Assembly (NCBI GenBank): GCA_963774265.1
Contig: CAVZDU010000002.1
Span: 128,001-192,000 of the forward strand
Origin: an uncultured Chloroflexia bacterium
Lineage (GTDB): Bacteria > Chloroflexota > Anaerolineae > CG2-30-64-16
DNA: 64,000 nucleotides
Direction of reading: 5' to 3'
Shown here in pieces: positions 1 through 10,022 of the stretch; position 1 is the stretch's first letter, and the number at the start of each line of letters is the position of its first letter. A model generated the notes under the pieces. The model had not been told where the DNA came from, searched no databases, and worked only from the letters and a program-made list of their open reading frames with translations. The position numbers were made by a program, and so were the translations under genes.

Positions 1-789
1 CCACTTGTTGTCGTGCTGCGAGAAGGTCCACAGGTCGCACCGGTTCGATCCGCCAAACACGCAGTACGGCTTCGATTGCTCCTTCTGCTCCCACACATTC
101 CCAACGGGGTCCGTGATCCGGAAGGTGACGGTCGAGATGCCGTCCCCATCACGACGCCCCTCGTTCCGGTCGAAGACCTCCACCTGGAACACCAGACGGT
201 CCCTGAAGACGACGTTGCCAGAGTCAACCATCCACACCACCCCGGGCAGAATGACGTTCCGGCCGTTATTGACCGGGCGATCGTTGCTGATACGCGGCGG
301 GATGGCCGTGTCTTCGCTATCATTGCCGAACACCTTGACAAGAGCAAGCGGCGGCAACCGCGTGGGGGTTGGCGCCGGCGTGCGCGTGACCGTCGGCATT
401 GACGGAATCCGCCCGACTGGCAACGCCGTGAACGGCTGATTACAGATCACAAATTGAGCTCCTGCGGCCACAAAACCGAAGGACCGGCCCGCTGTCTGTT
501 CCACCCCGATCCATGTACCCGAAGGCGTACCGCGCGCTATGAATGAAACACCACGTAACCTCGTGTTCCTCGCCAGGCGTCCAATCACAGGAAAGGCCGT
601 CCCGGGCCCTGCACGCACCAGCAATTGAGACGCTCGGACGATGCAGGTCGCCACGGTCGGCGTAACCGTTGCCTGAGCCAGGGGCGCGACCGCCGGAGCA
701 TCCGCGGGGGATGCGACGACGCGAGCGCTGAAAACAGTCGTCGCTACCACAACCGCACACATACTGAGAATCATGCATATTCTACGCAT
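1..789 (-). CDS. Secreted protein with SH3b-like domain and Thr/Pro linker (runs off window end; absent from ORF track)
   Basis: Hand-translated from ATG 789: MRRICMILSMCAVVVATTVFSA (signal-like), then LLVRAGPGTAFPVIGRL (SH3b-like motif), then PTVTRTPAPTPT. Open to base 1. Start overlaps the stop of the CHAT gene (TGATG). Confidence 0.7.
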   Translation of the reverse strand, partial: MRRICMILSMCAVVVATTVFSARVVASPADAPAVAPLAQATVTPTVATCIVRASQLLVRAGPGTAFPVIGRLARNTRLRGVSFIARGTPSGTWIGVEQTAGRSFGFVAAGAQFVICNQPFTALPVGRIPSMPTVTRTPAPTPTRLPPLALVKVFGNDSEDTAIPPRISNDRPVNNGRNVILPGVVWMVDSGNVVFRDRLVFQVEVFDRNEGRRDGDGISTVTFRITDPVGNVWEQKEQSKPYCVFGGSNRCDLWTFSQHDNKW

Positions 790-3242
790 CAGCCACCTCC
801 AATTTGGACAAGCGCTTGGCTCGCCTGTTGCTGTCCGGGCGTACACCCTTCCCCTATTATCTTGTCCCGTAAGGTGCCATCCTCGGGCAGCAGGTCCCCC
901 TGCGCCACACAAGCCGCGAAATGCTCTCGGGCTTCCTCAAAGAGATCCGCCGCGCGCTCCGGATCCTGCATTTGTAACGCTAAGTTGCCCTGGTACAATC
1001 GCGCGGCGCCCATATACGACCGGCACTGCGCAATCATGCGATACTGTTTGCTCTGGCTCAACGAGTCAAGCAACGGCGACAAATCGCGCACCGCCTCATC
1101 AAACAGAATATCCGCTTCCGCGTCGGTTGCTTCACTCTCGCCCACCCTGTACAATGTCGCCCCGCGCGACACCTGCACGTGTGCGAGTGCTAACTGAGCG
1201 ACACCGTGAGTCGTGCTGCTCAGCGGTGCGTTCTCCAGCGCCGTACGATAGGCCGTCTCAGCACCATCGAAAAGTCCGCCCGGCGACAGTGCCTCCAGGG
1301 GATCAAGCGCCTCGGCCTGCCCCATCAGTGCGCCGCCCAAGATGATCGACGCGCGGACATCGCGTTCGTTGATCGCCAATGCCTTCCGCGCCGCGGCCTC
1401 CGCTTCTTCATTGCGACCGAGAAACAGCGCTTCACGACCGAGGAAAGCGTACAGCGTATCCAACCCGGACACCATCCCGGATTTCGCAACCAACTGGCTT
1501 TCTGGCAGGTCACGCAGGCCGAGGTCAGATTCGATGTCCAGCAGAAGGTCCAGCGCTGCCTGGTGCTTGCCCAGGACATCCTCCCGCAGCGCCAGCACAA
1601 TACGGTAAAGCAAGGCCGTACGGGCGGTGACCTGGGCCGCAACGCTCTCGCGGTTAAGCGCATCCTCAGAGAGATCCGGGCTAAGAGGAATCGGTTCGCC
1701 GAAGGCATACCTGCCAATGCTCTCGCTTGCCTCGGGAGCCAACCGCGAAAAAATAAAGAACTCCTGCACGAGTTGCCGGCGTCCACCTTCTTCATCAATG
1801 CGTCCTGAGATCACGACATCTGCGTTGATCGCCTTGGCCAGGGCTGCGGCCTCGACCTCTCGCTCTTCAGCATTTATCTTCATCAGCACCGGCAACCTGT
1901 TGCGCTTCTGCGTACGCGGCAGTCCATCGTGCCATACGTTCACACGTTCGCCGGCTTCCAGCGCCTGATTCTCCCGATTCAGTGCGGCAACCATCCAGGT
2001 GCGGATCAACTCACCGTCCACGGTTCGGACGGCGCCATCAGATGTGGTGACGTCGGCGGCGTCGGTCACCGCAATGTTCATCGTTGCGACCGGGTCCATG
2101 CGCACAGCACCGAGCTGAGACCAGATCAAAAGGCCGATCAGGGCGACTGCCAACACAGCACCCGCCGCTGCTAATACCCATGTCAGGCGTTTCCGCCGAG
2201 CCGCAGGATCTGGACGCCACAGGTGTCCATCGGCCGCGCGCATGTACAACACGGCCGTTCCCCACTCCTCAGCATGACCGCCCGTGTACAGCGCCTTACG
2301 AGCTTCGGCCAGCGCCTCATCCACTGCAGCGCCGTCCGCCAACGCCGTGTAGAAACTGCGTGCGAGCGCGATGGCGGCGGAGTCCGAAATCGCCTTGCGC
2401 ATGGCTATTACCGCAGGTACACCTCCCCGAACCAGCCGTTGCGCCACGCCGGAGTAGGGGTCTTGCTCCGAGCTGACCGCACCCCGACAGGCGTTGAGCA
2501 GCGCCAGCCGAAGGGAGCGCTGATCCCGGACCAACGCGCTGAAAGTCTCCCCGCTGACGGCTTCTCCCCGATTATCGGCGCCAGATAGAAGAAGTACGCT
2601 ATCGTCGGTCGCCTCGTCAAATTCGCCGTGACCAAGGAAGTGGAGGATATGATACTCGTGCCGCAAGAGCTGTCGTTGCAGGCCTTCAATCGTCGCCGGG
2701 TCAAGACGATCCACCGTCACCGTACCCCGTGACTCAAGCTCAGATAATGCCTCCTTCAGGTTCGCCCATTCGCGCTCTACGTCAAGCGCTGGGTAGTCTG
2801 ACGGACTGGCGATGACGGCCAGCACGCGCAGCCGAATCTCAGGCCGAATCGAGTCGGCTGGTTCCGGCAGATCGAGGTAACGGACCAGGGGCGTCTCACG
2901 CGAGAGTGCGAAGAATCTCGCACGCTGGCGGTCGTAGAGGAGTTCCCACGGCAAGTCAGCCAACTCAGGCACGTCCGCCAGGCGCAGACGGATTCGCAGG
3001 CCTTTCTCAGTTCGTTCTGCCACATCGAGGCTACGACGCAATCCGCTGAGCACCTCATCGCGGAAAACCGCATCAAAGAGGGCGCCCCCCTGCATCTCGG
3101 GCGAAGCACCTGGCTGCTCAGCCTCAATCGGCCCAACCGCCGCACGCGCCTCACCCGCCGGCGAACTCAGCACATGCGCACGGTACTCCCCGTTCGCCTT
3201 CTCTATTTCGATATCGAAGTTCAGATAAACCATGTCAGGCAT
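789..3242 (-). CDS. CHAT (caspase-like) domain protein with one TM helix and a C-terminal TPR-like region
   Basis: LPWELLYD, HFLGHG and LNAC CHAT motifs; hydrophobic stretch LTWVLAAAGAVLAVALIGLLIW after RRKR; helical repeats at the C-terminus. Start placed at MPDMVYLNF. Confidence 0.85.
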   Translation of the reverse strand: MPDMVYLNFDIEIEKANGEYRAHVLSSPAGEARAAVGPIEAEQPGASPEMQGGALFDAVFRDEVLSGLRRSLDVAERTEKGLRIRLRLADVPELADLPWELLYDRQRARFFALSRETPLVRYLDLPEPADSIRPEIRLRVLAVIASPSDYPALDVEREWANLKEALSELESRGTVTVDRLDPATIEGLQRQLLRHEYHILHFLGHGEFDEATDDSVLLLSGADNRGEAVSGETFSALVRDQRSLRLALLNACRGAVSSEQDPYSGVAQRLVRGGVPAVIAMRKAISDSAAIALARSFYTALADGAAVDEALAEARKALYTGGHAEEWGTAVLYMRAADGHLWRPDPAARRKRLTWVLAAAGAVLAVALIGLLIWSQLGAVRMDPVATMNIAVTDAADVTTSDGAVRTVDGELIRTWMVAALNRENQALEAGERVNVWHDGLPRTQKRNRLPVLMKINAEEREVEAAALAKAINADVVISGRIDEEGGRRQLVQEFFIFSRLAPEASESIGRYAFGEPIPLSPDLSEDALNRESVAAQVTARTALLYRIVLALREDVLGKHQAALDLLLDIESDLGLRDLPESQLVAKSGMVSGLDTLYAFLGREALFLGRNEEAEAAARKALAINERDVRASIILGGALMGQAEALDPLEALSPGGLFDGAETAYRTALENAPLSSTTHGVAQLALAHVQVSRGATLYRVGESEATDAEADILFDEAVRDLSPLLDSLSQSKQYRMIAQCRSYMGAARLYQGNLALQMQDPERAADLFEEAREHFAACVAQGDLLPEDGTLRDKIIGEGCTPGQQQASQALVQIGGG

Positions 3243-3475
3243 ACTTGTCCGCTCCGTGAGCGGATTGTATCTCAAGTACAAATAATGCACAAAAGACGAA
3301 CTAAAGAGGACGAGGTAATGCGGCACTAAACTTGGGCAATGGACACACGCCCTGGGGTGAATGTCTAGCGTTTGGAACCAGTCAGCGCGACGAGCGATCG
3401 ATTTCCAGGCGATGGCGCTGGCCAGAAGAGTTTTCGGCGACCACCTGAGCCAACTCAACTCGCGGCCGCAGGCTG

Positions 3476-4690
3476 CTAATGCGGGCCTGCACCTCGCCTT
3501 TGCCGGCTATCAAGAGGTCGGGTGAGATCAATGGTCAGTTCCGGAAGGAGGGCGGCCAGACCACGCAGGAGCGCGTATGCATCGGCCCGGTCGTTGTAAG
3601 CCTGAAATGAGACGCGTATGAAATGCCGCCCGCCCCAACGAATCACGGGCACCTCGACGCGGTGCTCATCATACAAACGCACCTTCAGCACGTCCAGGTC
3701 GCATGGGGGCAGCTCTGCCGCGAACATCTGCCCGAACGCCACCTCATCGCAGACGGGAGACAGCCCAGCCAAAGAGACGATGCGTTCACGGGTTTCAACA
3801 GCCAGCGCATGGCATTGCCGCCGGACCCACGGCCAGTCATGTTGCTCCTGAAAACGGATGGCGTCTGGCACTGTCAAGAAGCTCGACACGTCACGGGTCC
3901 CCTGCCACTCATGCCAATCCACGAACAGGGATGTTCCGGGCTGCTCCCCTTCCCATCCCCAGCTCACTACCAGCGGCTCCAACCACGGCTGAACCTCGCG
4001 CCGCGCATGCAGAAAGGCCGCTCCCTTGGGTGCGCAGAGCCACTTATGACACGCGCCGACGTAGATATCCGCACCGACCGCACCTACGTCGAGCGGGATC
4101 TGCCCCGGTGCGTGCGCGCCATCAACAATCGTTAAGATCCCCTGCTCCCGCGCCCGGCGGCATATCTCACCGACAGGGAAGATCAAGGCGGTCGGACTGG
4201 TGATGTGAGAAATAAAAATCACCCGCGTCCGACCGTTTACACCTTCCCAGAAGTGCTCAACAAGGTCAGCTGACGCGGGCAAGGGCAACGGGATCGGATT
4301 GTGGACGACCTTCGCGCCGACCTGTCCACAAATGTAACGCCAGGTGCGATCCAGCGCGCCGTATTCGTGGTCCGTCGTGAGGACCTCGTCTCCTGCAGCC
4401 AGTCGGGGCGCCTTACCCACGCTGATCAGGCTGCGCGCGACCATGTTTACCGCAGTAGTCGGATTCGAAAAATAGACGACATCGTCGGTCTTCACGCGAA
4501 GAAACCCGGCAAGCACCGCTCGACTCTCAGCGAGCAGCGCGGTCACCTCGCGCCCCAGGAATGCCACAGGCTGGCGTTCCAACTCAGCCTGCCAACATTG
4601 ATACGCTTCAAACACCGGCTTTGGACACGCGCCGAACGAGCCGTGATTGAGAAAATGAATGGACGGATCAAGGTTAAAAAGATGCTTCAT
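3476..4690 (-). CDS. Class V PLP-dependent aminotransferase/lyase (isopenicillin-N epimerase / Egt2-like)
   Basis: FLNHGSFGACP, SHITSPTA, DGAHAPG, and HKWLCAPKG containing the PLP lysine. Confidence 0.9.
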   Translation of the reverse strand: MKHLFNLDPSIHFLNHGSFGACPKPVFEAYQCWQAELERQPVAFLGREVTALLAESRAVLAGFLRVKTDDVVYFSNPTTAVNMVARSLISVGKAPRLAAGDEVLTTDHEYGALDRTWRYICGQVGAKVVHNPIPLPLPASADLVEHFWEGVNGRTRVIFISHITSPTALIFPVGEICRRAREQGILTIVDGAHAPGQIPLDVGAVGADIYVGACHKWLCAPKGAAFLHARREVQPWLEPLVVSWGWEGEQPGTSLFVDWHEWQGTRDVSSFLTVPDAIRFQEQHDWPWVRRQCHALAVETRERIVSLAGLSPVCDEVAFGQMFAAELPPCDLDVLKVRLYDEHRVEVPVIRWGGRHFIRVSFQAYNDRADAYALLRGLAALLPELTIDLTRPLDSRQRRGAGPH

Positions 4691-5102
4691 GCGTTGCTGT
4701 GGATTCCGACGCGCGCTGCGCTGAGACGAGCCGAGTGAAGAGCGAATCCAGTGCGGCCTGCGGATCGATGCACAGCCCCGGATGAACAGGTGAAGGTTGT
4801 ACAATCGTGTTTCGCGGGGATGCGAGCCAACGGAAACGCTCGCCCAGAGGCAACTCGCCGATCTGGCCGGCCGGCGGGCCGCCCTGCACAATGACTGGGA
4901 TCAGGTCGAGTTGCGCCTGGATTCCGGTGATGTCGGCCTCGGGATCGAGAGCCAACACGCGACTCACGTCAAGTGCTATGCGCGCGCCCAAGAAACGCAA
5001 CTGCTTACAGAACAAAAGCACGCCGGCATTGACGAACTCCTCCCGCTCAATAGAAGGAGCCACCCGGAGAACACTGTACTCAAACGACGCGCGCACGGGC
5101 AT
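4674..5102 (-). CDS. DUF3037 family protein
   Basis: FEYSVLRVAPSIEREEFVNAGV...ERFRWLASPRNTIVQPSPVHPG matches DUF3037; overlaps both neighbouring genes. Confidence 0.85.
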   Translation of the reverse strand: MPVRASFEYSVLRVAPSIEREEFVNAGVLLFCKQLRFLGARIALDVSRVLALDPEADITGIQAQLDLIPVIVQGGPPAGQIGELPLGERFRWLASPRNTIVQPSPVHPGLCIDPQAALDSLFTRLVSAQRASESTATHEASF

Positions 5103-5871
5103 TTTCGGCCTCATCGACGAAGACATGTGAAGCGGCCAACCGCTCGGTCAGCCAACGACTGTATGCGGCACGCATCACGGCAGGCGGAACTCCGTCCAGG
5201 AGCCAGCTATCAGGGAGAAGCTCGACAATGCCCGCTATCACTTCGGGATTCAGCAACGGTTTGAGCACTGCATCTGCCTCAGGCAGGGACCCGGCGAATG
5301 CGAGTAGAACGTGGTCCTTAATCAGGGCAAACGGCGTCATGGCTCGCTGAATCGCGGTGTCATCACCGTACCAGGCGGGGCTGTGGTGGAAGTACAGGGA
5401 CGCGCCATGGTCAATCAGCCAAAGCTGCCTGCGATGCAGCAGGATGTTGACGTTGCGAGGGGTGCGGTCGACGTTGGTCACAAACGCGTCAAACCAGACG
5501 ATGGCTGCAGCCTCATCCGGCGCAGGCGATGGCGCCAGCAGGGGATTGTACTCCAACGATTCCGGCAGAAATCGCAGCCCGAGGTTGAGCCCTGAGCTGG
5601 CATTCAGCATCTCACTGATCTCCTGGTGAGCCTCGCCCATGCCGAAGTTCGGCTCGACCTGGATAAATGCGAGATCGGGAACGCGCAGGCCGAGGGCGCG
5701 TCCAATTTCGCCGGCGAGCAACTCGGCGATAAGCGCGCGTCGACCTTGCGCGGCCGCGTGGAACTTAAGTACGTAGAGTTCGCCGTCATCCGCCTCAACG
5801 AGCGCCGGCACCGACCCGCCCTGTCGAAATGGCTGAATGTAGCGGGTCGCCGTTAGAGTACGATCAATCAT
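5080..5871 (-). CDS. HipA-like kinase
   Basis: GGSVPALVEADDG..YVLKF, LIAEL, and NVDRTPRNVN..LWLIDHGASL catalytic motifs. Confidence 0.85.
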   Translation of the reverse strand: MIDRTLTATRYIQPFRQGGSVPALVEADDGELYVLKFHAAAQGRRALIAELLAGEIGRALGLRVPDLAFIQVEPNFGMGEAHQEISEMLNASSGLNLGLRFLPESLEYNPLLAPSPAPDEAAAIVWFDAFVTNVDRTPRNVNILLHRRQLWLIDHGASLYFHHSPAWYGDDTAIQRAMTPFALIKDHVLLAFAGSLPEADAVLKPLLNPEVIAGIVELLPDSWLLDGVPPAVMRAAYSRWLTERLAASHVFVDEAENARARVV

Positions 5872-5939
5872 GGCAAAAAATCGCTGGCTCGCTTTCAGAG
5901 AGTGGTTGATTAACCCGGCGACATTCTACCACAGACCCA

Positions 5940-7370
5940 TCACTGCTCAACCACCACCTGCTGCACCGTGCCACGTCCTAAATCGGCAACGTACACTTCG
6001 CCTGCGTCATCCTCACCGAACGAACTCAGGCTCGACCCGGTCTCAAGGAGCAGAAGAGGTGCGCCAGGATTTGCCGCGTCCAGGCCCCAAATCCGGCCGC
6101 TGCAGAAGTCACCGTAAAGGTAGACGCCGACCAGCCTTGGATGCTGCGCGCCGCGATACACGTAACCACCTGTGACCGAGCAGTCCCCTGCGCCGTGAGT
6201 GTAAGTGGCGACCGGTAGTTCGAGCCCAGCCCGGTCGCAGTTGGCCTGCTGGAAACAAGACCCGCCTTCCATGACCGGCCAGCCGAAGTTCAGCCCGCCT
6301 TTCGATCCCGAGCGCACGACATTTACTTCTTCGATCTGGTTCTGACCCACATCCGCGATCCACAGATCCCCTGTGGCGCGGTCGAAGCTGTAGCGCCATG
6401 GATTCCGCAGTCCCACCGCCCACACCTGATCGCGGACATCCTTGCCCGCCCAGGCCGCACGTACCCACGGATTATCCGCCGGGATCGCATACGGCTGCGC
6501 AAGATCGCTCGTTACGTCAAGCCGCAACATCTTACCCAGGAGCGTATCCGCGTTCTGGCCGTTGCCGTAACGGTCATTGGCCGCGCCTCCATCCCCGGTG
6601 CCAATCCACAGATAGCCATCTGGCCCGAATACGATATTGCCGCCATTATGGTTGGCCGCGGGTTGGTCGAGGCCGAGCACTTTGAACTCGCTTCGAGGAT
6701 CAGCAACATTCGGATCGTCGGTGACTCCGAAGCGTGCAATAACCGTATCCCCGTTCTTATCCGTATAATCGACGAAGAAGAATTTGCGCGTTGCGTAGTC
6801 GGGCGGAAAAACCAGGCCGAGCAAGCCCTGTTCGGAACCAGAACTGGTGATGCGATCAGCGATGTTCAGGAACGGCTGCTCCAGCAGCTGACCGTCAATG
6901 ACGAGGCGGATGGCTCCGGTTTTTTCGACAATGAACAATCGCCCGCTGCCATCGCCCGCGTGGGTGACCAAGAGCGGATTGGATAAACCCTGCGCCACCG
7001 GCGAGAGCCTCAAGCGCAATGCGTGCAGTTGGGGCGCAGGAGCCGGGGCAAGTGTCGCGGCGGCTGGTGGGAAAGGCGATGTGGCTGCTGCAGATGTAGC
7101 GACCGGTTGGGTTCCTTCAGCCGCAGATGGCGGCGCAGATGGCGAGGCAAGCGGGGAGACAAGCGCAGGCTCGGTTTTTGTCGGGCCGGCGATCGGCGAT
7201 ATCGGCCCAGTCGCGGCAGTGGCTACGCCTGTGACGACCTCTGCCCCGGACGTAACGGGTGTCGCGGTTGGTGCGCTTTGTTCTGAACAGGCTGCCATCA
7301 GCAGAGCAAGACCTGCGCACGCCAAAATCATCCGAAATAAGCGAATATGGGCTCGAGTCAGGTGTATCAT
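5940..7370 (-). CDS. PQQ-dependent glucose/sorbosone dehydrogenase family lipoprotein
   Basis: Lipobox LMAAC, Pro/Thr/Ala linker, EQGLLGL, NHNGG.I.FGPDGYL...GDGG, GLRNPWR.SFD. Start uncertain. Confidence 0.9.
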   Translation of the reverse strand: MIHLTRAHIRLFRMILACAGLALLMAACSEQSAPTATPVTSGAEVVTGVATAATGPISPIAGPTKTEPALVSPLASPSAPPSAAEGTQPVATSAAATSPFPPAAATLAPAPAPQLHALRLRLSPVAQGLSNPLLVTHAGDGSGRLFIVEKTGAIRLVIDGQLLEQPFLNIADRITSSGSEQGLLGLVFPPDYATRKFFFVDYTDKNGDTVIARFGVTDDPNVADPRSEFKVLGLDQPAANHNGGNIVFGPDGYLWIGTGDGGAANDRYGNGQNADTLLGKMLRLDVTSDLAQPYAIPADNPWVRAAWAGKDVRDQVWAVGLRNPWRYSFDRATGDLWIADVGQNQIEEVNVVRSGSKGGLNFGWPVMEGGSCFQQANCDRAGLELPVATYTHGAGDCSVTGGYVYRGAQHPRLVGVYLYGDFCSGRIWGLDAANPGAPLLLLETGSSLSSFGEDDAGEVYVADLGRGTVQQVVVEQ

Positions 7371-7586
7371 CCGGATTTCTCGCTTTCTCAATCAACTCAC
7401 TCCTTGCGATAACACGCAGAATGTGGGAACCGAATCCCCCTTATGGCGTCTTACGTTTGTACGATATAGGACGGTCGCGTCCCTTGTCGGTGAAGCAGCA
7501 CACACTGCTTGCCAAAGCGGGCTTCTAAGGGTAACATTTTCACCATAGATATCATGAACCACTTCGCGAAAGGAGATCAACTTGTG

Positions 7587-10022
7587 ATGGCACTTCATGA
7601 ACGCTGTAGCCAGTCGGCCAAGGCGCGCCGACGGAATTCGCACTCTCGGACCATCCGGACGATGTCCGTGATCTTAATGCTACTGCTCACCTCTGTCGCA
7701 GGCCCAGTTGCGTTGGCCGAGGAGACTCCCTATCCAACACCCACGGCCGGCCCACTAAACCCGCTGGAACTCAAGCTACTCGAAGAATCGCGGTTGGACG
7801 TCGAGCCTACGGGCTACCCCTATTTCGAACGCGGCTATCCCAAGGATATCCCTGGATTCGCGCCAGGTGCATCTTCGGATGCAGACGCGGCCGCCATCGA
7901 CGCTCTTGGCAGTTGGAGCAACGAGCAGTTGTGCACCGGCAACGAGCAATGTCTTGTCGGCGACTTCAACGGGGACAATCGCGATGATGTAGCCGTGCTG
8001 TACCGCGACACCCGCGCCGAACCGGATCGCGGGGACGTCAAGGTCGCCCTCTCTGGCGGCGCTTACTTCTCGTCATCCAGCAAGTGGCTGGATGGGGTGT
8101 GCACGGGCAATCAGCTTTGCAAGGCTGGCGACGTGAATCGCGATGGCAAGGATGACTTGGTCATCTTCCATCGCGGCTATGGCGAGGCTGGAACCGGGAA
8201 CGTCCGTGTTGCTATCTCCACCGGCAGCAGCTTCGCAGCGCCCTCTCTCTGGCACTCCTATTTCTGCGTCGGTGATCAGGTCTGCGATGTCGGCAACTTC
8301 GACGGCGTCAACGGAGACGACATCATTCTCTTCGTCCGGAGTACAGCCGACGATCCGTACCGTGGCGATGTCCAAGTCGCACGTTCCAACGGTTTCAGTG
8401 GTTTCGGGACGCCGGAGACCTGGGCAGGTTTCTTCTGTATCAATCAGGAAGAGTGTCGCGTCGGCGACTTCAACGGCGATAGCCGGGACGACATAGCGTT
8501 CTTCGTGAAGTCCGGCGATGGCCAGGGCCGCTTTGGCGTTTCTCTCTCCACGGGAGGTAGCTTCGGCGGGGCAAATGACTGGGCTACCTATTTCTGCGTC
8601 AAGAACGAACAATGTGAGATCGGCGATTTCGACGGCGACGGCCGAGATGACGGCCTAGCCCTTCTGCGAGGCAGTGAAGACGACCTCTCTAAATATGGCA
8701 ACGCATACGTCGCACTCTCGACCGGTGGATCATTCTACAATTCGCAGCTCTGGAGCGACCTGCTCTGCGTGCCGGGTGAGGACTGTGGGGTTGGCGATTT
8801 CAACGGCGACGGCCGAGACGATGTCATCCGATTCGTCAAGCAGTCAGCGGACTCGACCAGAATCGGTCTGGTCCTGGTAGCCCTCGCGTCTGGAACGCCA
8901 ACCGGCTTCTTCCCGACCCCGAAAGGGTCCGGCGGCCTATGGTTGTCAAGCTTCTGTACAGGGGCACAAAGCTGTCTGACGGGCGACTTCAACGGCGACA
9001 ATCGCGATGACGTCGCATTTCTCGTCCGCAACACCCAAAGTAGCGGGGGAGAAGGCGATGTATTCGTTGCGCTATCCGACGGCACACAATTCGGGCCACC
9101 ATTTAAGTGGCACGATTACTTCTGTGTCGGCTCGGACGTATGCGAGGTCGGCGACTTCAACGGTGATGGCCGGGACGACCTCGTCTCGTTCAGCCGCGCA
9201 ACAGCCTCCTATGGCAACGTCTTCGTCACATTATCAGGCGGCGGGAGTTTCCAAACCACCCAGGTGTGGAATGGCTACTTCTGCGTAGGCTCAGAGTGGT
9301 GCGAGGTGGGTGACTTCAACGGTGATAGCCGGGACGATATCGCGCTATTCACTCGCACCGCTTACGGCGAGACGTCCCGCGCGGGCGATGTTGAGGTTGC
9401 AATCTCCACTGGCGACCTGACAAGCGGCCTGTTCGTGCACAGAGGCCTCTGGCATAACTTCTTCTGCATCAACCAGGAATCGTGCCAGACAGGCGACTTC
9501 AACGGCGATGGCTTGGATGACATCGCAACATTCACTAAGGGCGGCAGCGCCAACGTCTGGGTCGAACTCTCGAATGGTGCGAGTTTCGGCGATGGCAACG
9601 CGCCCGCCGAACTCTGGAGTGACCTCTTCTGTGCTGCCAACGAAGCCTGCGACACTGGTGATTTCGATGGTAATGGCCGTGATGACGTCATCACCTTCCT
9701 CCAGTCTGACTATGCCGGCAGCAATCCCGAGACGACCGGCGATGTGATCGTTGGAATCTCGGCTGGCTCGCTTGCAGCTGGGGGATTTGTCTCCCAGCCA
9801 AAGTGGGCCCACTACTTCTGCATCGGCACCGAAATCTGCGAAACGGGCGATTTCGATGGCGACGGAATCAAGGACATCGCGGCCTTCACCCGCGGAACAA
9901 CCGGCAATGTCTACGTAGCGCTGGCGAAGATCGGCACAGGTTACTTTTTCGCGGACACGCCTGGCGTTCCACCAGTACAGCATTGGGTCATGTCTCTGTT
10001 GATACGACACACTGCACAGTGA
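7587..10022 (+). CDS. Secreted FG-GAP/VCBS repeat protein (12 Cys-paired repeats)
   Basis: Signal-like hydrophobic segment, then 12 copies of W..xFC.....C..GDFNGDxRDD; RBS AAGGAG at about 7570. Confidence 0.85.
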   Translation: MALHERCSQSAKARRRNSHSRTIRTMSVILMLLLTSVAGPVALAEETPYPTPTAGPLNPLELKLLEESRLDVEPTGYPYFERGYPKDIPGFAPGASSDADAAAIDALGSWSNEQLCTGNEQCLVGDFNGDNRDDVAVLYRDTRAEPDRGDVKVALSGGAYFSSSSKWLDGVCTGNQLCKAGDVNRDGKDDLVIFHRGYGEAGTGNVRVAISTGSSFAAPSLWHSYFCVGDQVCDVGNFDGVNGDDIILFVRSTADDPYRGDVQVARSNGFSGFGTPETWAGFFCINQEECRVGDFNGDSRDDIAFFVKSGDGQGRFGVSLSTGGSFGGANDWATYFCVKNEQCEIGDFDGDGRDDGLALLRGSEDDLSKYGNAYVALSTGGSFYNSQLWSDLLCVPGEDCGVGDFNGDGRDDVIRFVKQSADSTRIGLVLVALASGTPTGFFPTPKGSGGLWLSSFCTGAQSCLTGDFNGDNRDDVAFLVRNTQSSGGEGDVFVALSDGTQFGPPFKWHDYFCVGSDVCEVGDFNGDGRDDLVSFSRATASYGNVFVTLSGGGSFQTTQVWNGYFCVGSEWCEVGDFNGDSRDDIALFTRTAYGETSRAGDVEVAISTGDLTSGLFVHRGLWHNFFCINQESCQTGDFNGDGLDDIATFTKGGSANVWVELSNGASFGDGNAPAELWSDLFCAANEACDTGDFDGNGRDDVITFLQSDYAGSNPETTGDVIVGISAGSLAAGGFVSQPKWAHYFCIGTEICETGDFDGDGIKDIAAFTRGTTGNVYVALAKIGTGYFFADTPGVPPVQHWVMSLLIRHTAQ

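Noticed and set aside
7950-9900. CRISPR-like array from recurring GGCGACTTCAACGG
   Set aside because: The repeats are in-frame codons for GDFNG within one ORF, spaced about 150-190 bp apart; no cas genes.
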